This document shows, piece by piece, positions 9,530-19,211 of a DNA stretch of 64,000 nt (position 1 is its first letter; each line of letters starts with the position of its first letter). Position numbers and translations under genes: made by a program. The notes below the pieces were generated by a model that saw only the letters and a list, made by a program, of their open reading frames with translations, was not told the DNA's origin and made no database searches. The stretch is from Candidatus Acidiferrales bacterium. Lineage in GTDB: Bacteria; Acidobacteriota; Terriglobia; Acidiferrales; UBA7541. The stretch spans positions 726-64,725 of the forward strand of contig JBOGNA010000110.1 in the NCBI GenBank assembly GCA_050746925.1. Reading direction: 5' to 3'.

Positions 9530-9569
9530 CGCTGGGCGCGGGGCGGAAGTTTCGGTGAAGCTGGGTTAG
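9523..9569 (+). repeat. Duplicated, decayed copy of the 3' end of the SAM-hydrolase gene (compare 5784-5837)
   Basis: GCGCGCGCGCTGGGCG...CGGGGCGGAAGTTtCGGTGaAGCTGGGTTAG matches 5784-5837 with 2 substitutions and a 7-nt deletion. Confidence 0.7.
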
Positions 9570-10108
9570 GTTCGCTGCAAGCGGCGCCCGCGGTCATGGA
9601 AACCCCGAAGTCGCGCGGAACTCCTCGATTCATTTTCAACTGAAGTTTGCTGCGCGAAGAAAGCGTGCCAGCGTCCCTTCTCCCAGAGGTAGTAATCCGC
9701 GTATCGAGTCGTTCGCGTCCTTCCGTCAGAACCCGTCGAATGCGATGTTCCATAAGCGACGGCTACGTCCCCGTGCAGAAGAACCGTGGCTTCGGGCAAG
9801 TCTGGTGTCGGCAGATTCTTCCCCCGATTCTTCATCGCCAGCGCGAGCTCATCAGCCAGGAATTTGATCTCACCGGTCCGCATGATTTCGGTGAAGTCCG
9901 GGGCGAGAAGGCAGCGTTCGAAATCCATGTCGGCATGCAGATAGGCGATCGTCCAGGCGTTCTCGAGGCGCTGAATCGTCGCGCCGTCGCGGCGCTGATT
10001 CAGGAGGGGAGCCTGCTGGCATCTATCCTCATCCTGCGCGTGCAGAGGCACCGAGAAAAACGAGACGAGTAGCGTCGAGAAAAGCAATTGCATTCCGACT
10101 TGGCGCAT
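9566..10108 (-). CDS. Secreted DUF4440/SnoaL-like (NTF2 fold) protein
   Basis: The signal peptide is LLFSTLLVSFFSVPLHAQ. The NTF2-like pattern includes LENAWTIAYLHADMDF...YYLWEKGRWH. Confidence 0.7.
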   Translation of the reverse strand: MRQVGMQLLFSTLLVSFFSVPLHAQDEDRCQQAPLLNQRRDGATIQRLENAWTIAYLHADMDFERCLLAPDFTEIMRTGEIKFLADELALAMKNRGKNLPTPDLPEATVLLHGDVAVAYGTSHSTGSDGRTRTTRYADYYLWEKGRWHAFFAQQTSVENESRSSARLRGFHDRGRRLQRT

Positions 10109-10214
10109 CTTCGAGTCCTTTCGCCGCCGAAGAAACCCACCGACGCTTCAGCGTCTCCCAGATTGACGTCCTTAGACTGTTGTCGTGAGCCATTAAATGG
10201 ACGCGCCGCGAACA

Positions 10215-11087
10215 CTAGCGCACGAGCGTTGTAACTATCAGGTACGCGCGCATGCGAGGGTCGAGCCAGTCGCGGAGGGCGTCGCCGAGGAGATTGAAGG
10301 CGAGGACCGCGGTCATTACGGCGAGGGCTGGGAAGATGACCAGGTGTGGGGCGTCGAACAGGTGGCTGCGGGCGTCGTTGAGCATGGCGCCCCAGCTGGG
10401 CATCGGAGCGAGAACGCCGACGCCGAGAAAGCTGAGAGTGGATTCGGCGAGGATGGCGCCGGCCATCGCGATTGTAGCTTGAACGAGCACTGGCTGAAGT
10501 ATATTGGGCAGCAGGTGGCGGATCACGATGCGCGCGTCGCTGGCGCCGAGAGAGCGGGCGGCTAGGACGTATTCCATTTCTTTGGCTTGCAGGATTTGAG
10601 CGCGGGCGAGGCGGGCGTAGCCGGCCCAACCGGTGATGACGAGAGCGAGAATGACTTTGCCGAGGCCAGGCCCGAGAAATGCGGCGAAGGCGATGGCGAG
10701 CAGGATTCCCGGAAAGGAGAGAAATGCGTTGATGAGGACGACGTTGATGAGCCGGTCGAACCAGCCGCCGAAGTAGCCTGCCAGCGCACCGATTGCGAGG
10801 CCGATAAGCCCTGCACCCAACACTACGCTGATGCTGACTAGCATGGAGACTCGCGCGCCGAAGAGAATGCGCGAGAGGATGTCGCGGCCGAGCTGGTCGG
10901 TGCCCATCCAGTGTGCGGAGCTGGGTGCGGCGAGGCGCGCCGGGAGATTTTGCGCGATCGGGTTGTAGGGAGCGAGCCACGGGGCGGCGAGGGCGGCGAT
11001 TACGAGGATTGAGGTGAGTGCGAGGCCGACGCGGCCTGGGGTGCTGTGTCGTAGGAAGTCACGGAGGCCGCTGGTAAGCGTAGTCAT
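10215..11087 (-). CDS. ABC transporter permease, DppC/OppC family
   Basis: It has BPD_transp_1 features, including the EAA-like motif (AARSLGASDARIVIRHLLPN). ATG 11087 gives about 290 aa. The longer ORF-track start is Arg-rich and non-homologous. Confidence 0.85.
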   Translation of the reverse strand: MTTLTSGLRDFLRHSTPGRVGLALTSILVIAALAAPWLAPYNPIAQNLPARLAAPSSAHWMGTDQLGRDILSRILFGARVSMLVSISVVLGAGLIGLAIGALAGYFGGWFDRLINVVLINAFLSFPGILLAIAFAAFLGPGLGKVILALVITGWAGYARLARAQILQAKEMEYVLAARSLGASDARIVIRHLLPNILQPVLVQATIAMAGAILAESTLSFLGVGVLAPMPSWGAMLNDARSHLFDAPHLVIFPALAVMTAVLAFNLLGDALRDWLDPRMRAYLIVTTLVR

Positions 11088-11244
11088 CGCGGGCACCGCC
11101 AAAGACGGACGAGAGATTCCTCGACTGCGTCCCCCGCCTTCGTCCCGCAAACGCGACCGGGACGCACGAATCGCGCTTCGCGAAGGAAATGCAAATGCGC
11201 TGGGGACTTCGCTCGGGATGACAGGGTGCGGAGTGTGCTTGAGA

Positions 11245-11264
11245 GGGCGCGGCATGCCGTGCCC
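11245..11264. repeat. Near-perfect palindrome GGGCGCGGCATGCCGTGCCC (REP-like, second copy)
   Basis: It has one mismatch relative to 1918-1937 and the same TGAGAG flank. It lies in the 232-bp gap between the two permease genes. Confidence 0.7.
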
Positions 11265-11319
11265 TGAGGAAAACCGAAAGACGCCCGCCTGAAGGCGGCC
11301 GCTACAAAAGAGGGCTGGG

Positions 11320-12240
11320 TCATTCGAAGCGCACCCTGGGATCGACCGCAGCGTAAACGAGATCGGTGAGGAGGTTTACCAGCACATAAGAAACAGCGAT
11401 CAGCAGGATGCAGCCTTGAAGCAATGGATAGTCACGAGCTTCGATGGCTTGGACGGCCAGGCGGCCTACGCCGGGCCAGGAAAAAATTGATTCTGTGACG
11501 ATTGTGCCAGCGAGGAGCGTCCCGAATTGCAGGCCTAGAATTGTGAGGATGGGAATGAGCGCATTGCGAAAAGCGTGCCGGAAAAGGACGGCGCCGTTCG
11601 AGAGGCCCTTCGCGCGGGCCGTGCGGACGTAGTCGCTCGAAAGCTCTTCGATCACGGATGTGCGAACCATGCGCGTGAGGATGGCGGCGAGCGCGGCGCC
11701 AAGCGTGATGGCCGGAAGAATCAAGTGCGATGGGCCGCCTCGTCCCGACACGGGCAGCCAGCCGAGAATCACCGAAAAGATGAGAATCAGCACCGGGCCG
11801 AGTGCGAAATTGGGAACAGAAAGTCCGAAGAGCGTGAGGACGCCGACGGCGTGATCGGTCGGCTGGCCGCGGCGCTCGGCGGCGAGCGTCCCCGCAGGGA
11901 TGCCGATGGCAGCGCAGACGAAGAGCGCGAAGATTGCAAGTTCGAGCGTGGCGGGATAGTGCGAGAGAACGACGTCCGTGACGGGCTGCTGGAAGCGGAA
12001 TGACTCGCCGAGATTTCCGTGCGCGATTCCCTTCAGATAGCGGCCGTATTGCGTAGCGATCGGAAGATCGAGGCCAAGCGCGTGCCGAAGCTGCTGGAGA
12101 TCTTCGGCGCGGGCGCCTTCGCCCAGCATCTGCTGGACTGGATCGCCGGGAACGATGTGAGCCAGCATGAACACCATCGTGAGGATTAGCCAGAGTGCGG
12201 GAAGCGCGAACAGCAGGCGCAGGGAGATGAACTTAAGCAT
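11320..12240 (-). CDS. ABC transporter permease, DppB/OppB family
   Basis: It starts MLKFISLRLLFALPALWL and has typical DppB architecture. ATG 12240 was chosen over the extended ORF. Confidence 0.85.
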   Translation of the reverse strand: MLKFISLRLLFALPALWLILTMVFMLAHIVPGDPVQQMLGEGARAEDLQQLRHALGLDLPIATQYGRYLKGIAHGNLGESFRFQQPVTDVVLSHYPATLELAIFALFVCAAIGIPAGTLAAERRGQPTDHAVGVLTLFGLSVPNFALGPVLILIFSVILGWLPVSGRGGPSHLILPAITLGAALAAILTRMVRTSVIEELSSDYVRTARAKGLSNGAVLFRHAFRNALIPILTILGLQFGTLLAGTIVTESIFSWPGVGRLAVQAIEARDYPLLQGCILLIAVSYVLVNLLTDLVYAAVDPRVRFE

Positions 12241-12402
12241 GGGCGTCCCTTTCGAGTAGGTTGACCGAACGCCGACGATTTGTGGTGGTGGCGTGCGAAA
12301 GCTCGTCGGAGCACAGGCCCTTCGAATCTCTGGGCGAGCCGGAGTGCCTGTGCCACCGATCGAGATCACAAGCAGAGAGTGATGAGCGCGAGGTCATGGG
12401 GA

Positions 12403-13887
12403 TTATTTGCTTCCCTGCGAGCGCCTGCCGGCAGCGCGGCGCGCTTTGGCAATTTCTTTTCGCGGCTTTTCGTTGGGCACGGCACTGGCGCCGGTATTCT
12501 CCGCGACGGCTGACGGTTCGGCAACGGGCGATTCCTGTTGGTCTTCTGCTTTCGGACGCTCGGCGGGACGAACGATTTTTATTTTTACGCGCGAGACGCG
12601 GCGATGGTCCATTTCCATGACGGTAAAGCGGTAGCCGTGCGCTTCGAAGCTTTCGCCGCCGCGCGGGATGAACCCGAGGTGATTGAGGATGAATCCGCCG
12701 ACGGTTTCGTAGGAGCTGTCCTCGGGCAATGTAATGCTGTATTGCGATTCGAGCTCGCGGACGTTTGTGGCGCCGTCGAAAATCATCGAGCCGTCGGCAA
12801 GTGTGAGCGGGCGTTCGACCACGTCAAATTCGTCGTGAATTTCACCGACCATCTGTTCGAGGATGTCTTCGAGCGTGGCGAGGCCGAGGATGCTGCCGAA
12901 TTCATCGACGATCATGGCAAGGCCCGTACGGCGGGCGCGAAATTCGAGGAGGAGTTCGCTGGCGCGCTTTGTTTCGGGAACGATGAGGACGTCGCGCAGC
13001 ATCGAGCGCAGATTGAATTCAGCAGAGGGCTGGCGCTCTTCGGCGCCGCGGGCGCGGTCGAGCAGTATCCAGATCATGTCTTTGATGTGGACGAAGCCGA
13101 GGATATGGTCGAGCGAGCCTTCGTAGATGGGGATGCGCGAGCGCTGCGTGGTGGCAAACATCCGCATGGTGTCTTCGAGCGAGGCGTCGGCGGGCAGTGC
13201 GTGCACGTCCGGGCGCGGAACCATCACTTCACGGACTTCGATCTGGCCCAGCTCCATCGCGCTTTGAATGAATTTCACTTCGGCAGCGGGAATCAGGCCG
13301 CGGTCGTGCGCCTGCTGGACCATCACCTGCAGCTCCTCGGTGGACCGAACGAGGGTGTGGCCGTGCGGCGAGACGACACCGAGTGCGGCGACGACCTTTT
13401 CGGCGATGCCGTCAAGAAGGTCGATCGCCCAGCTAAAGGTGTGCAGAAACCAGTGGAACGGGCGCGCGATGAGGAGGGCGACACGCTCGGCGCGCGCGAG
13501 GCTGAGACTTTTGGGGACAAGCTCGCCGAGGACGACTTGCAGCATCGTGAGGAAGCCAAACGCGATCACAAGGCCAGCCCCGTGCGCGACGACGCCGGCC
13601 CAAGGGCGCGGGATCGTGGCGAGGAGCGGAGAAAGGATGCCGGAGAGTGTTACTTCGCCCAGGTAGCCGAGCAAAAGGCTCGCGATCGTAATGCCCACCT
13701 GGACGGCGGAGACGACGCGGCCAACGTCGCCCAAAAGGCTTTCGACGATTTTTGCGCGGGGATCGCCCGCTTCGACGAGCAGGCGGACGCGAGAGCTGCG
13801 AACGGCGACGAGCGAGAATTCTGCCGCCGCGAAAAAAGCGTTCATGCCGACGAGAAGAAGCACGGCGAAAAGTTGGAGGACAATCAT
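12403..13887 (-). CDS. HlyC/CorC (CNNM) family transporter: DUF21-CBS pair-CorC_HlyC
   Basis: It has an N-terminal 4-TM DUF21, a CBS pair and a C-terminal transporter-associated domain. It ends in a Lys/Pro/Ala-rich tail. Confidence 0.9.
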   Translation of the reverse strand: MIVLQLFAVLLLVGMNAFFAAAEFSLVAVRSSRVRLLVEAGDPRAKIVESLLGDVGRVVSAVQVGITIASLLLGYLGEVTLSGILSPLLATIPRPWAGVVAHGAGLVIAFGFLTMLQVVLGELVPKSLSLARAERVALLIARPFHWFLHTFSWAIDLLDGIAEKVVAALGVVSPHGHTLVRSTEELQVMVQQAHDRGLIPAAEVKFIQSAMELGQIEVREVMVPRPDVHALPADASLEDTMRMFATTQRSRIPIYEGSLDHILGFVHIKDMIWILLDRARGAEERQPSAEFNLRSMLRDVLIVPETKRASELLLEFRARRTGLAMIVDEFGSILGLATLEDILEQMVGEIHDEFDVVERPLTLADGSMIFDGATNVRELESQYSITLPEDSSYETVGGFILNHLGFIPRGGESFEAHGYRFTVMEMDHRRVSRVKIKIVRPAERPKAEDQQESPVAEPSAVAENTGASAVPNEKPRKEIAKARRAAGRRSQGSK

Positions 13888-14075
13888 TTCGCGGAATCCG
13901 AGCGGATGGGCGGTTGGCTGGTCATGCCTTCCCGCCGGTCGATGGAAGGGGAGATTGAGAGGCCATCGAGTGTGATTTTAGCAAGTTGGGCGGCGCGAGA
14001 GGAAAAATCCGCAGGAGGCGCGGGCGAACGAGGCAATGTGTGGGGCGGCTGCGGAAAAGCGGTTGCACCTGCGGA

Positions 14076-15359
14076 CTAGTCTTCGAGGCGAACGCGCACC
14101 GGGCCGAAGGCGACGATTCGCGCGGGAACGTCGCGAAGATACGGGATGCGAAAGAAGAGCCGGATGAGCCACGGGATACGAATCATTTGCGAAGCTCGCA
14201 GGGCGCCGGCCACCACTCGTTTTTGAATTTGCGTCTGGACGAACTGGATGACTCGCGTGGGCCACTCGCGCTTGCGCTGGACGGAGCGCAACTCGTTGAG
14301 CGTGACGTTGCCGGCGAGCAGCGGCCTGGTGAGCAGATTCGCCGCGACGACCGCGTCCTGAATTGCGTAGTTGATGCCGACGCCCCCGACCGGAGACATC
14401 ACATGCGCGGCATCGCCAATCAACAGAACGCCCGGCGCGCACCAGCGCGGACAGAGGCTCGATTCGACCGACAGCAGCGCGACTTGCTGCCAATCGGTGA
14501 GCGACAGGACGTGCTTCGCGAGCGCCGGAAGAATTTCGACGATGTGCCGGCGGAGGCCTTCGATGCCTTCGGCGCGAACGCTTTGATAGCTGCCCTTCAT
14601 GATGATGTAGCCCGCTTGCCAGTAATCAGCGCGATCGAGCCCGATGACCATGTGCCCCTTGCCGATGCCTCCAAATGCTCCACCAATGGATGGCGGATCC
14701 TCGGGGAGATGCGGAAGGCGGAACCACAACACGTCCATCGGTGGCGAAGTGCCAACGGGTTCGATCCCGAGAAGGCGGCGGACGCGAGAAAACCGGCCGT
14801 CGGCGCCGACGGTGAGTAGCGCGCGGAGTTCGTGCGGATTGCCGTCCTGCTCGTAGTGCACACCGCGGACGACTCCGTTCTCGGTGATGAGGCCAGTGAC
14901 GTTCGCGCCCATCTCCAGTCGAAAATTCGGGAACTTCCCTGCTTCCGCGGTGAGCAGCTCGAGAAGATCTTTCTGCGGAAGCATCAGAATGTACGGAAAC
15001 TTCGACTTGAGTCGATGGAAATCGAGCGGGCTGAAAGGACCGTCCGCCGTTTGAATTGTCGGGCCGGTGACTGTTGCGTGGCGGAGCTGGTGGAGCCGGT
15101 CAGCGAGACCAAGCTGATCCAATACTTCGAGCGTAGAGGGATGAACCGTATCGCCCCGAAATTCGCGGTCGAAATCCTTGTGCATTTCGAGAAGCGTCAC
15201 GCGGACGCCGCGGCGGGCGAGTAGCAGCGCGAGCATGGCGCCGCCGGGGCCTCCGCCAACAATACAGCAGGTGGTTTCGGGCTCGGCGATCGCGGACGCG
15301 TTCGCTGACGCGGGAGACGGGAGCGTAATGGAACCTGAATTCATGCGCGCAGGCGTCAT
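14076..15359 (-). CDS. FAD-dependent monooxygenase (UbiH/VisC-like)
   Basis: It has the Rossmann motif CCIVGGGPGGAMLALLLARRG and the second FAD motif LIGDAAHVMSPVGGVG. Confidence 0.85.
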   Translation of the reverse strand: MTPARMNSGSITLPSPASANASAIAEPETTCCIVGGGPGGAMLALLLARRGVRVTLLEMHKDFDREFRGDTVHPSTLEVLDQLGLADRLHQLRHATVTGPTIQTADGPFSPLDFHRLKSKFPYILMLPQKDLLELLTAEAGKFPNFRLEMGANVTGLITENGVVRGVHYEQDGNPHELRALLTVGADGRFSRVRRLLGIEPVGTSPPMDVLWFRLPHLPEDPPSIGGAFGGIGKGHMVIGLDRADYWQAGYIIMKGSYQSVRAEGIEGLRRHIVEILPALAKHVLSLTDWQQVALLSVESSLCPRWCAPGVLLIGDAAHVMSPVGGVGINYAIQDAVVAANLLTRPLLAGNVTLNELRSVQRKREWPTRVIQFVQTQIQKRVVAGALRASQMIRIPWLIRLFFRIPYLRDVPARIVAFGPVRVRLED

Positions 15360-15512
15360 TTTATCGCAAGCGATGCCAAGGTAAAGCGCTGAATCCCTGC
15401 AACGCCTCACGGAAGCGCGGTTGCGGGGCTGGTAGCTGTGGGCTACACTCCGCGGGCACGAACGAACGTCACATTGAAATCAGAAAGAGCCGAGAAAGTC
15501 GAGAGCGACTAG

Positions 15513-18008
15513 ATGACACGAGGTTCGCGGATTGTACGGAATGTGATCGCGGCGCTGCTATTGCTGGCGGGGATTGCGATGATTGCCGGGTGGTGGATCG
15601 AGCATCGGCCGCTTCCGACGCTGGACGGGCAGGTGCCGGTGGCGGGGTTGAAGGCCGGCGTGATTGTCGATCGCGATCAGTGGGGCCGGCCGTGGATTCG
15701 CGCGAAATCGACGGAAGATCTGGTGATGGCGCAGGGATACGTGATGGCACAGGACCGGTTGTGGCAGATGGACCTGCTACGCAGAGTGGCAGCCGGCGAG
15801 TTGTCGGAGATTGTGGGGCCGGGGGCGCTGAAATTTGACGAAGATCATCGGACGCTTGGAATGCGGCAGGCGGCGGAGCGAGCGGCCGCGGAGTCGAGTC
15901 CGGAGATTCGCGCGCTACTGGATTCATACGCGCGAGGTGTAAACCAGTACATCGAGGAGCGCCAGAAGAAGCTCCCCATTGAGTTTTCGCTGCTGCATTA
16001 CAAGCCGCGGCCCTGGACACCGACGGACACGTATCTCATAAGCTTGTATATGTGGGAAACGCTGACGACCACCTGGCAAGCGAAGATCAATCGAGCGTGG
16101 GTGAAGCAGAAGGTAGGACCGGAGCGGGCGAGCCAAATGTTTATGAGCGAGTCACCGCTCGATCATTTCATTGCCGGTCAGGCGGCAGCGCCGCCGCCCA
16201 CACCTGGCAAGACGGGACGATCGGGAGCCAAGGCGACGGCAGCTAGCGACGGCGAAATGCAGGCCGATGCGATTGCTCCGTTGGCACCGCTTGGGTGGGA
16301 CGAAGCGCGCGATTTTCTGGCGCAATTCCAGAGGGAATCATCGGAGATTATCGGGAGCAATAATTTTGTGGTGAGCGGGGCGCATACAGCGTCTGGAAAA
16401 CCACTGCTGGCGAACGATACCCATCTGGCCCTGTCTGTGCCGTGTATCTGGTACCTGATTCATTTGACGGCGCCGGGATGGAACGTGGAAGGGTTTGCCC
16501 TTCCGGGCGCACCGCTCGTGATTATCGGGCACAACGAGCGAATCGCGTGGGGATTCACGAACAGCAACGCGGACGTGCAGGATCTCTATGAGGAGACGTT
16601 CGATCCGGCCAATCCGTTGAATTATCGTGCGAACGGCAAATGGATTTCAGCGGACGTGCGCCACGAAAAGATTCACGTGCTCGGAAAACCGGATGTGGAT
16701 CTCGAGGTGACGGTGACAAGGCACGGCCCGATCGTCGCGCGGGAGCCTGCCAGCGATGGAGGGCACGGTTTTGCGTTGCGCTGGACGGCGCTTGAGCCGG
16801 GTGGCCTCGACTTCGGATTTCCGCTCCTGGGGCGCGCGAACCATTGGAACGAGTTCCTGGAAATGACCCGGCACATTGCGGGCCCCGGGCAGAATACGAT
16901 CTATGCAGACATCGACGGAAACATCGGATTCACGATTCCAGCGAGAATTCCGATTCGCGCGAAAGGAAACGGATCACTGCCGGTTCCCGGCGACACGGAT
17001 GAATTCGATTGGAACGGTTACATTCCGTTCGACGATTTGCCACGGGCGTTCAATTCGCCGGACGGAGTGATTGCGACGGCCAACGCGCGCACGGTAGGGC
17101 CGGGATACAAGTACTTTCTGTCGGGCCGGCAGGCGGGACCGTTTCGCACCGAGCGAATCTACGAATTGCTGGCGGGCCGCACCGGCTTGAAGCCGGAAGA
17201 CCTAAACGCGGTGCAAAATGACATTCTGAGCCTGCCGAATCAATTTCTGGCACAGCAGCTGGTGAATGCTGCGAAGACGGTGCCTCCCAAGGATTCACGG
17301 ACGCAAAAACTGATCGCGGAATTGAATACGTGGGATGCGCGGGCAACCGCCGATTCATACGAGACTCCGTTTGTTGAGCTCACCAGGCACGCACTATTTC
17401 ACAATCTAATTGCCCCGTACCTTGGCGACGGCACGCCGAGGTATGAGCTGTGGGAGCCGCGCAGCATTTACAACGAAGTGTGGTGGCGTGACAAAGTGTT
17501 TCTGGAAAATATTCTGCGCGAGCAGCCGGCCGCGTGGCTTCCGAAGGGTGTCGTTAGCTACGACGTGCTGCTGATCTCCAGTGCGAACGACGCGGTGGAT
17601 GCGCTCGCGCGTGAAACCCGGACGAGCGACGTGAACAAATGGACGTGGGGGAGCCTGCATCCGCTGAATATGCTCCATCCGCTGGGGCGGGCGGGTACCC
17701 TGCACTCACTCTTCAGCATCGGCCCTTATCCGCAGGGTGGCACGATCGATACAGTGCGAGCAATGGGCGTGGGGCACGGGCCGGCGATGCGCATGGTGTC
17801 CGACCTGTCGAACTTCGATAATTCGCTGATGGAAGTTGCGACGGGCGAGTCAGGGCAGATTGCGAGCCCTTACTACCGCGACCAATTCGTGGAATGGTTT
17901 GCGGGACGCGGCATTCCGGCGCCATTCAGTGAAGCCGCAGAAGATCGGATGCGCGCGCACCGGTTGACGCTGGTGCCGGCAGGCGGGAGTGCGCCTCCCG
18001 CGGAGTAA
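15513..18008 (+). CDS. Penicillin acylase family protein (Ntn hydrolase; possible acyl-HSL acylase)
   Basis: The 831-aa protein has an N-terminal TM/signal region and GSNNFVVSG at the predicted autoproteolytic Ser nucleophile. Confidence 0.9.
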   Translation: MTRGSRIVRNVIAALLLLAGIAMIAGWWIEHRPLPTLDGQVPVAGLKAGVIVDRDQWGRPWIRAKSTEDLVMAQGYVMAQDRLWQMDLLRRVAAGELSEIVGPGALKFDEDHRTLGMRQAAERAAAESSPEIRALLDSYARGVNQYIEERQKKLPIEFSLLHYKPRPWTPTDTYLISLYMWETLTTTWQAKINRAWVKQKVGPERASQMFMSESPLDHFIAGQAAAPPPTPGKTGRSGAKATAASDGEMQADAIAPLAPLGWDEARDFLAQFQRESSEIIGSNNFVVSGAHTASGKPLLANDTHLALSVPCIWYLIHLTAPGWNVEGFALPGAPLVIIGHNERIAWGFTNSNADVQDLYEETFDPANPLNYRANGKWISADVRHEKIHVLGKPDVDLEVTVTRHGPIVAREPASDGGHGFALRWTALEPGGLDFGFPLLGRANHWNEFLEMTRHIAGPGQNTIYADIDGNIGFTIPARIPIRAKGNGSLPVPGDTDEFDWNGYIPFDDLPRAFNSPDGVIATANARTVGPGYKYFLSGRQAGPFRTERIYELLAGRTGLKPEDLNAVQNDILSLPNQFLAQQLVNAAKTVPPKDSRTQKLIAELNTWDARATADSYETPFVELTRHALFHNLIAPYLGDGTPRYELWEPRSIYNEVWWRDKVFLENILREQPAAWLPKGVVSYDVLLISSANDAVDALARETRTSDVNKWTWGSLHPLNMLHPLGRAGTLHSLFSIGPYPQGGTIDTVRAMGVGHGPAMRMVSDLSNFDNSLMEVATGESGQIASPYYRDQFVEWFAGRGIPAPFSEAAEDRMRAHRLTLVPAGGSAPPAE

Positions 18009-18033
18009 TGCGGCGCGCTGGGTGAAGGAACCG

Positions 18034-18864
18034 ATGCCGGAACTTCCTGAAGTCGAAGCGGTGGCGCGAGCATTGAGGCCGCTTGTCGTCGGAAGGACGA
18101 TACGGCGCTGCCGCGTGATTCATCCCATTGCCGTACGGCCATCGTCGGGGCGGGGAGCGAAGCAGGCTGCCTCAGCGATGGAACACGCGGTGCGCGGGCA
18201 GAAAATCCACGCGGTCGAGCGGCGGGGAAAGTATCTGATTCTCACGCTCGGCCTCGGAGCGCTCGTGATGCACTTCCGGCTCGACGGTCAGCTCGCGTGG
18301 TTTGATTCGCGCGAGACTTCGGGGCACGTCGATGTGGCGCTCGAGTTGGATCGAGGAACGCTTGGCTTTGTCGATCGACGGCATTTCGGGCGGGTGCAAT
18401 GGACGGAGTCGCTGGACGAGATTACTGGGATCAAAGACATGGGCATCGAGCCGCTGTCGCCGGAATTCACCGCTACGCGTTTCGCGGAGATGCTTCACGG
18501 GAGCCGGCGACCGCTCAAGCTCTTTCTGCTCGACCAGAGCAAGATTGCGGGCATCGGAAACATCTACTCGAGCGAGGCGATGTGGAGGGCGCGGATAGCT
18601 CCGCGGCGTTCGGCGCATCGACTGGCTGCTACAGAAGCGCGGCGCCTGCACAAGGCCATTGTTGACGTTCTCCATCGTGCGTTAGAATGCTGCAGCCATC
18701 CGGCTCCGGACTTTCGCGACCCCAATTGGTGGTTTCAAGGACTCGAAAGCATTTTGCGAGTGTACGGACGCGAAGGAAAGCGCTGCCGGAGGTGCCGCCA
18801 GCTGGTGAAGCGGATTGAGCAAGGCGGCCGGTCCACATTTTTCTGCGCGCGATGCCAGCGATAG
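18034..18864 (+). CDS. mutM: Formamidopyrimidine-DNA glycosylase
   Basis: It has the N-terminal MPELPEVE and the C-terminal zinc finger CRRCRQ...FFCARCQ. Confidence 0.9.
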   Translation: MPELPEVEAVARALRPLVVGRTIRRCRVIHPIAVRPSSGRGAKQAASAMEHAVRGQKIHAVERRGKYLILTLGLGALVMHFRLDGQLAWFDSRETSGHVDVALELDRGTLGFVDRRHFGRVQWTESLDEITGIKDMGIEPLSPEFTATRFAEMLHGSRRPLKLFLLDQSKIAGIGNIYSSEAMWRARIAPRRSAHRLAATEARRLHKAIVDVLHRALECCSHPAPDFRDPNWWFQGLESILRVYGREGKRCRRCRQLVKRIEQGGRSTFFCARCQR

Positions 18865-18884
18865 GCAATGCGCATCGAGACACG

Positions 18885-19154
18885 ATGAGTTCAGCGACCA
18901 ACAAAGCAGCCGAACCGCCGCGCAAGGGCGATTTCGAGAAATCGCTTGCGCGCCTCGAAGAGGTGGTGAAGCGCCTCGAAAGCGTGGAGCTGTCGCTCGA
19001 CGAAGCGATGAAGCTTTTCGAAGAAGGCGTGAAGCTTTCGCGCGAATGCCAGAAGCAGCTCGAAGAAGCGGAAGGCCGCGTGGAGATTCTGCTGAAGAAG
19101 GCCGACGGCAAGATCGCGGCGGAGCCATTCGAAGCCGAAGATGAGAATTCCTAG
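18885..19154 (+). CDS. xseB: Exodeoxyribonuclease VII small subunit
   Basis: It contains FEKSLARLEEVVKRLESVELSLDEAMKLFEEGVKLSRECQKQL, which is typical of XseB. Confidence 0.85.
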   Translation: MSSATNKAAEPPRKGDFEKSLARLEEVVKRLESVELSLDEAMKLFEEGVKLSRECQKQLEEAEGRVEILLKKADGKIAAEPFEAEDENS

Positions 19155-19211
19155 CAGGCGGGGCGCGAGACGCGCGCCTGATTTCATTTCACAGTTTTTC
19201 CCAACCACAAA

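Noticed and set aside
9208-9753. 181-aa ORF taken as an intact gene
   Set aside because: Only its last ~107 codons are permease-like. The rest reads antisense through the DUF4440 gene and the duplicated SAM-hydrolase tail. I treat it as a gene fragment.
10000-10980. 326-aa Arg/Pro-rich minus-strand ORF
   Set aside because: It is an out-of-frame reading of the dppC gene and upstream DNA, with an extreme Arg/Pro/Ser composition.
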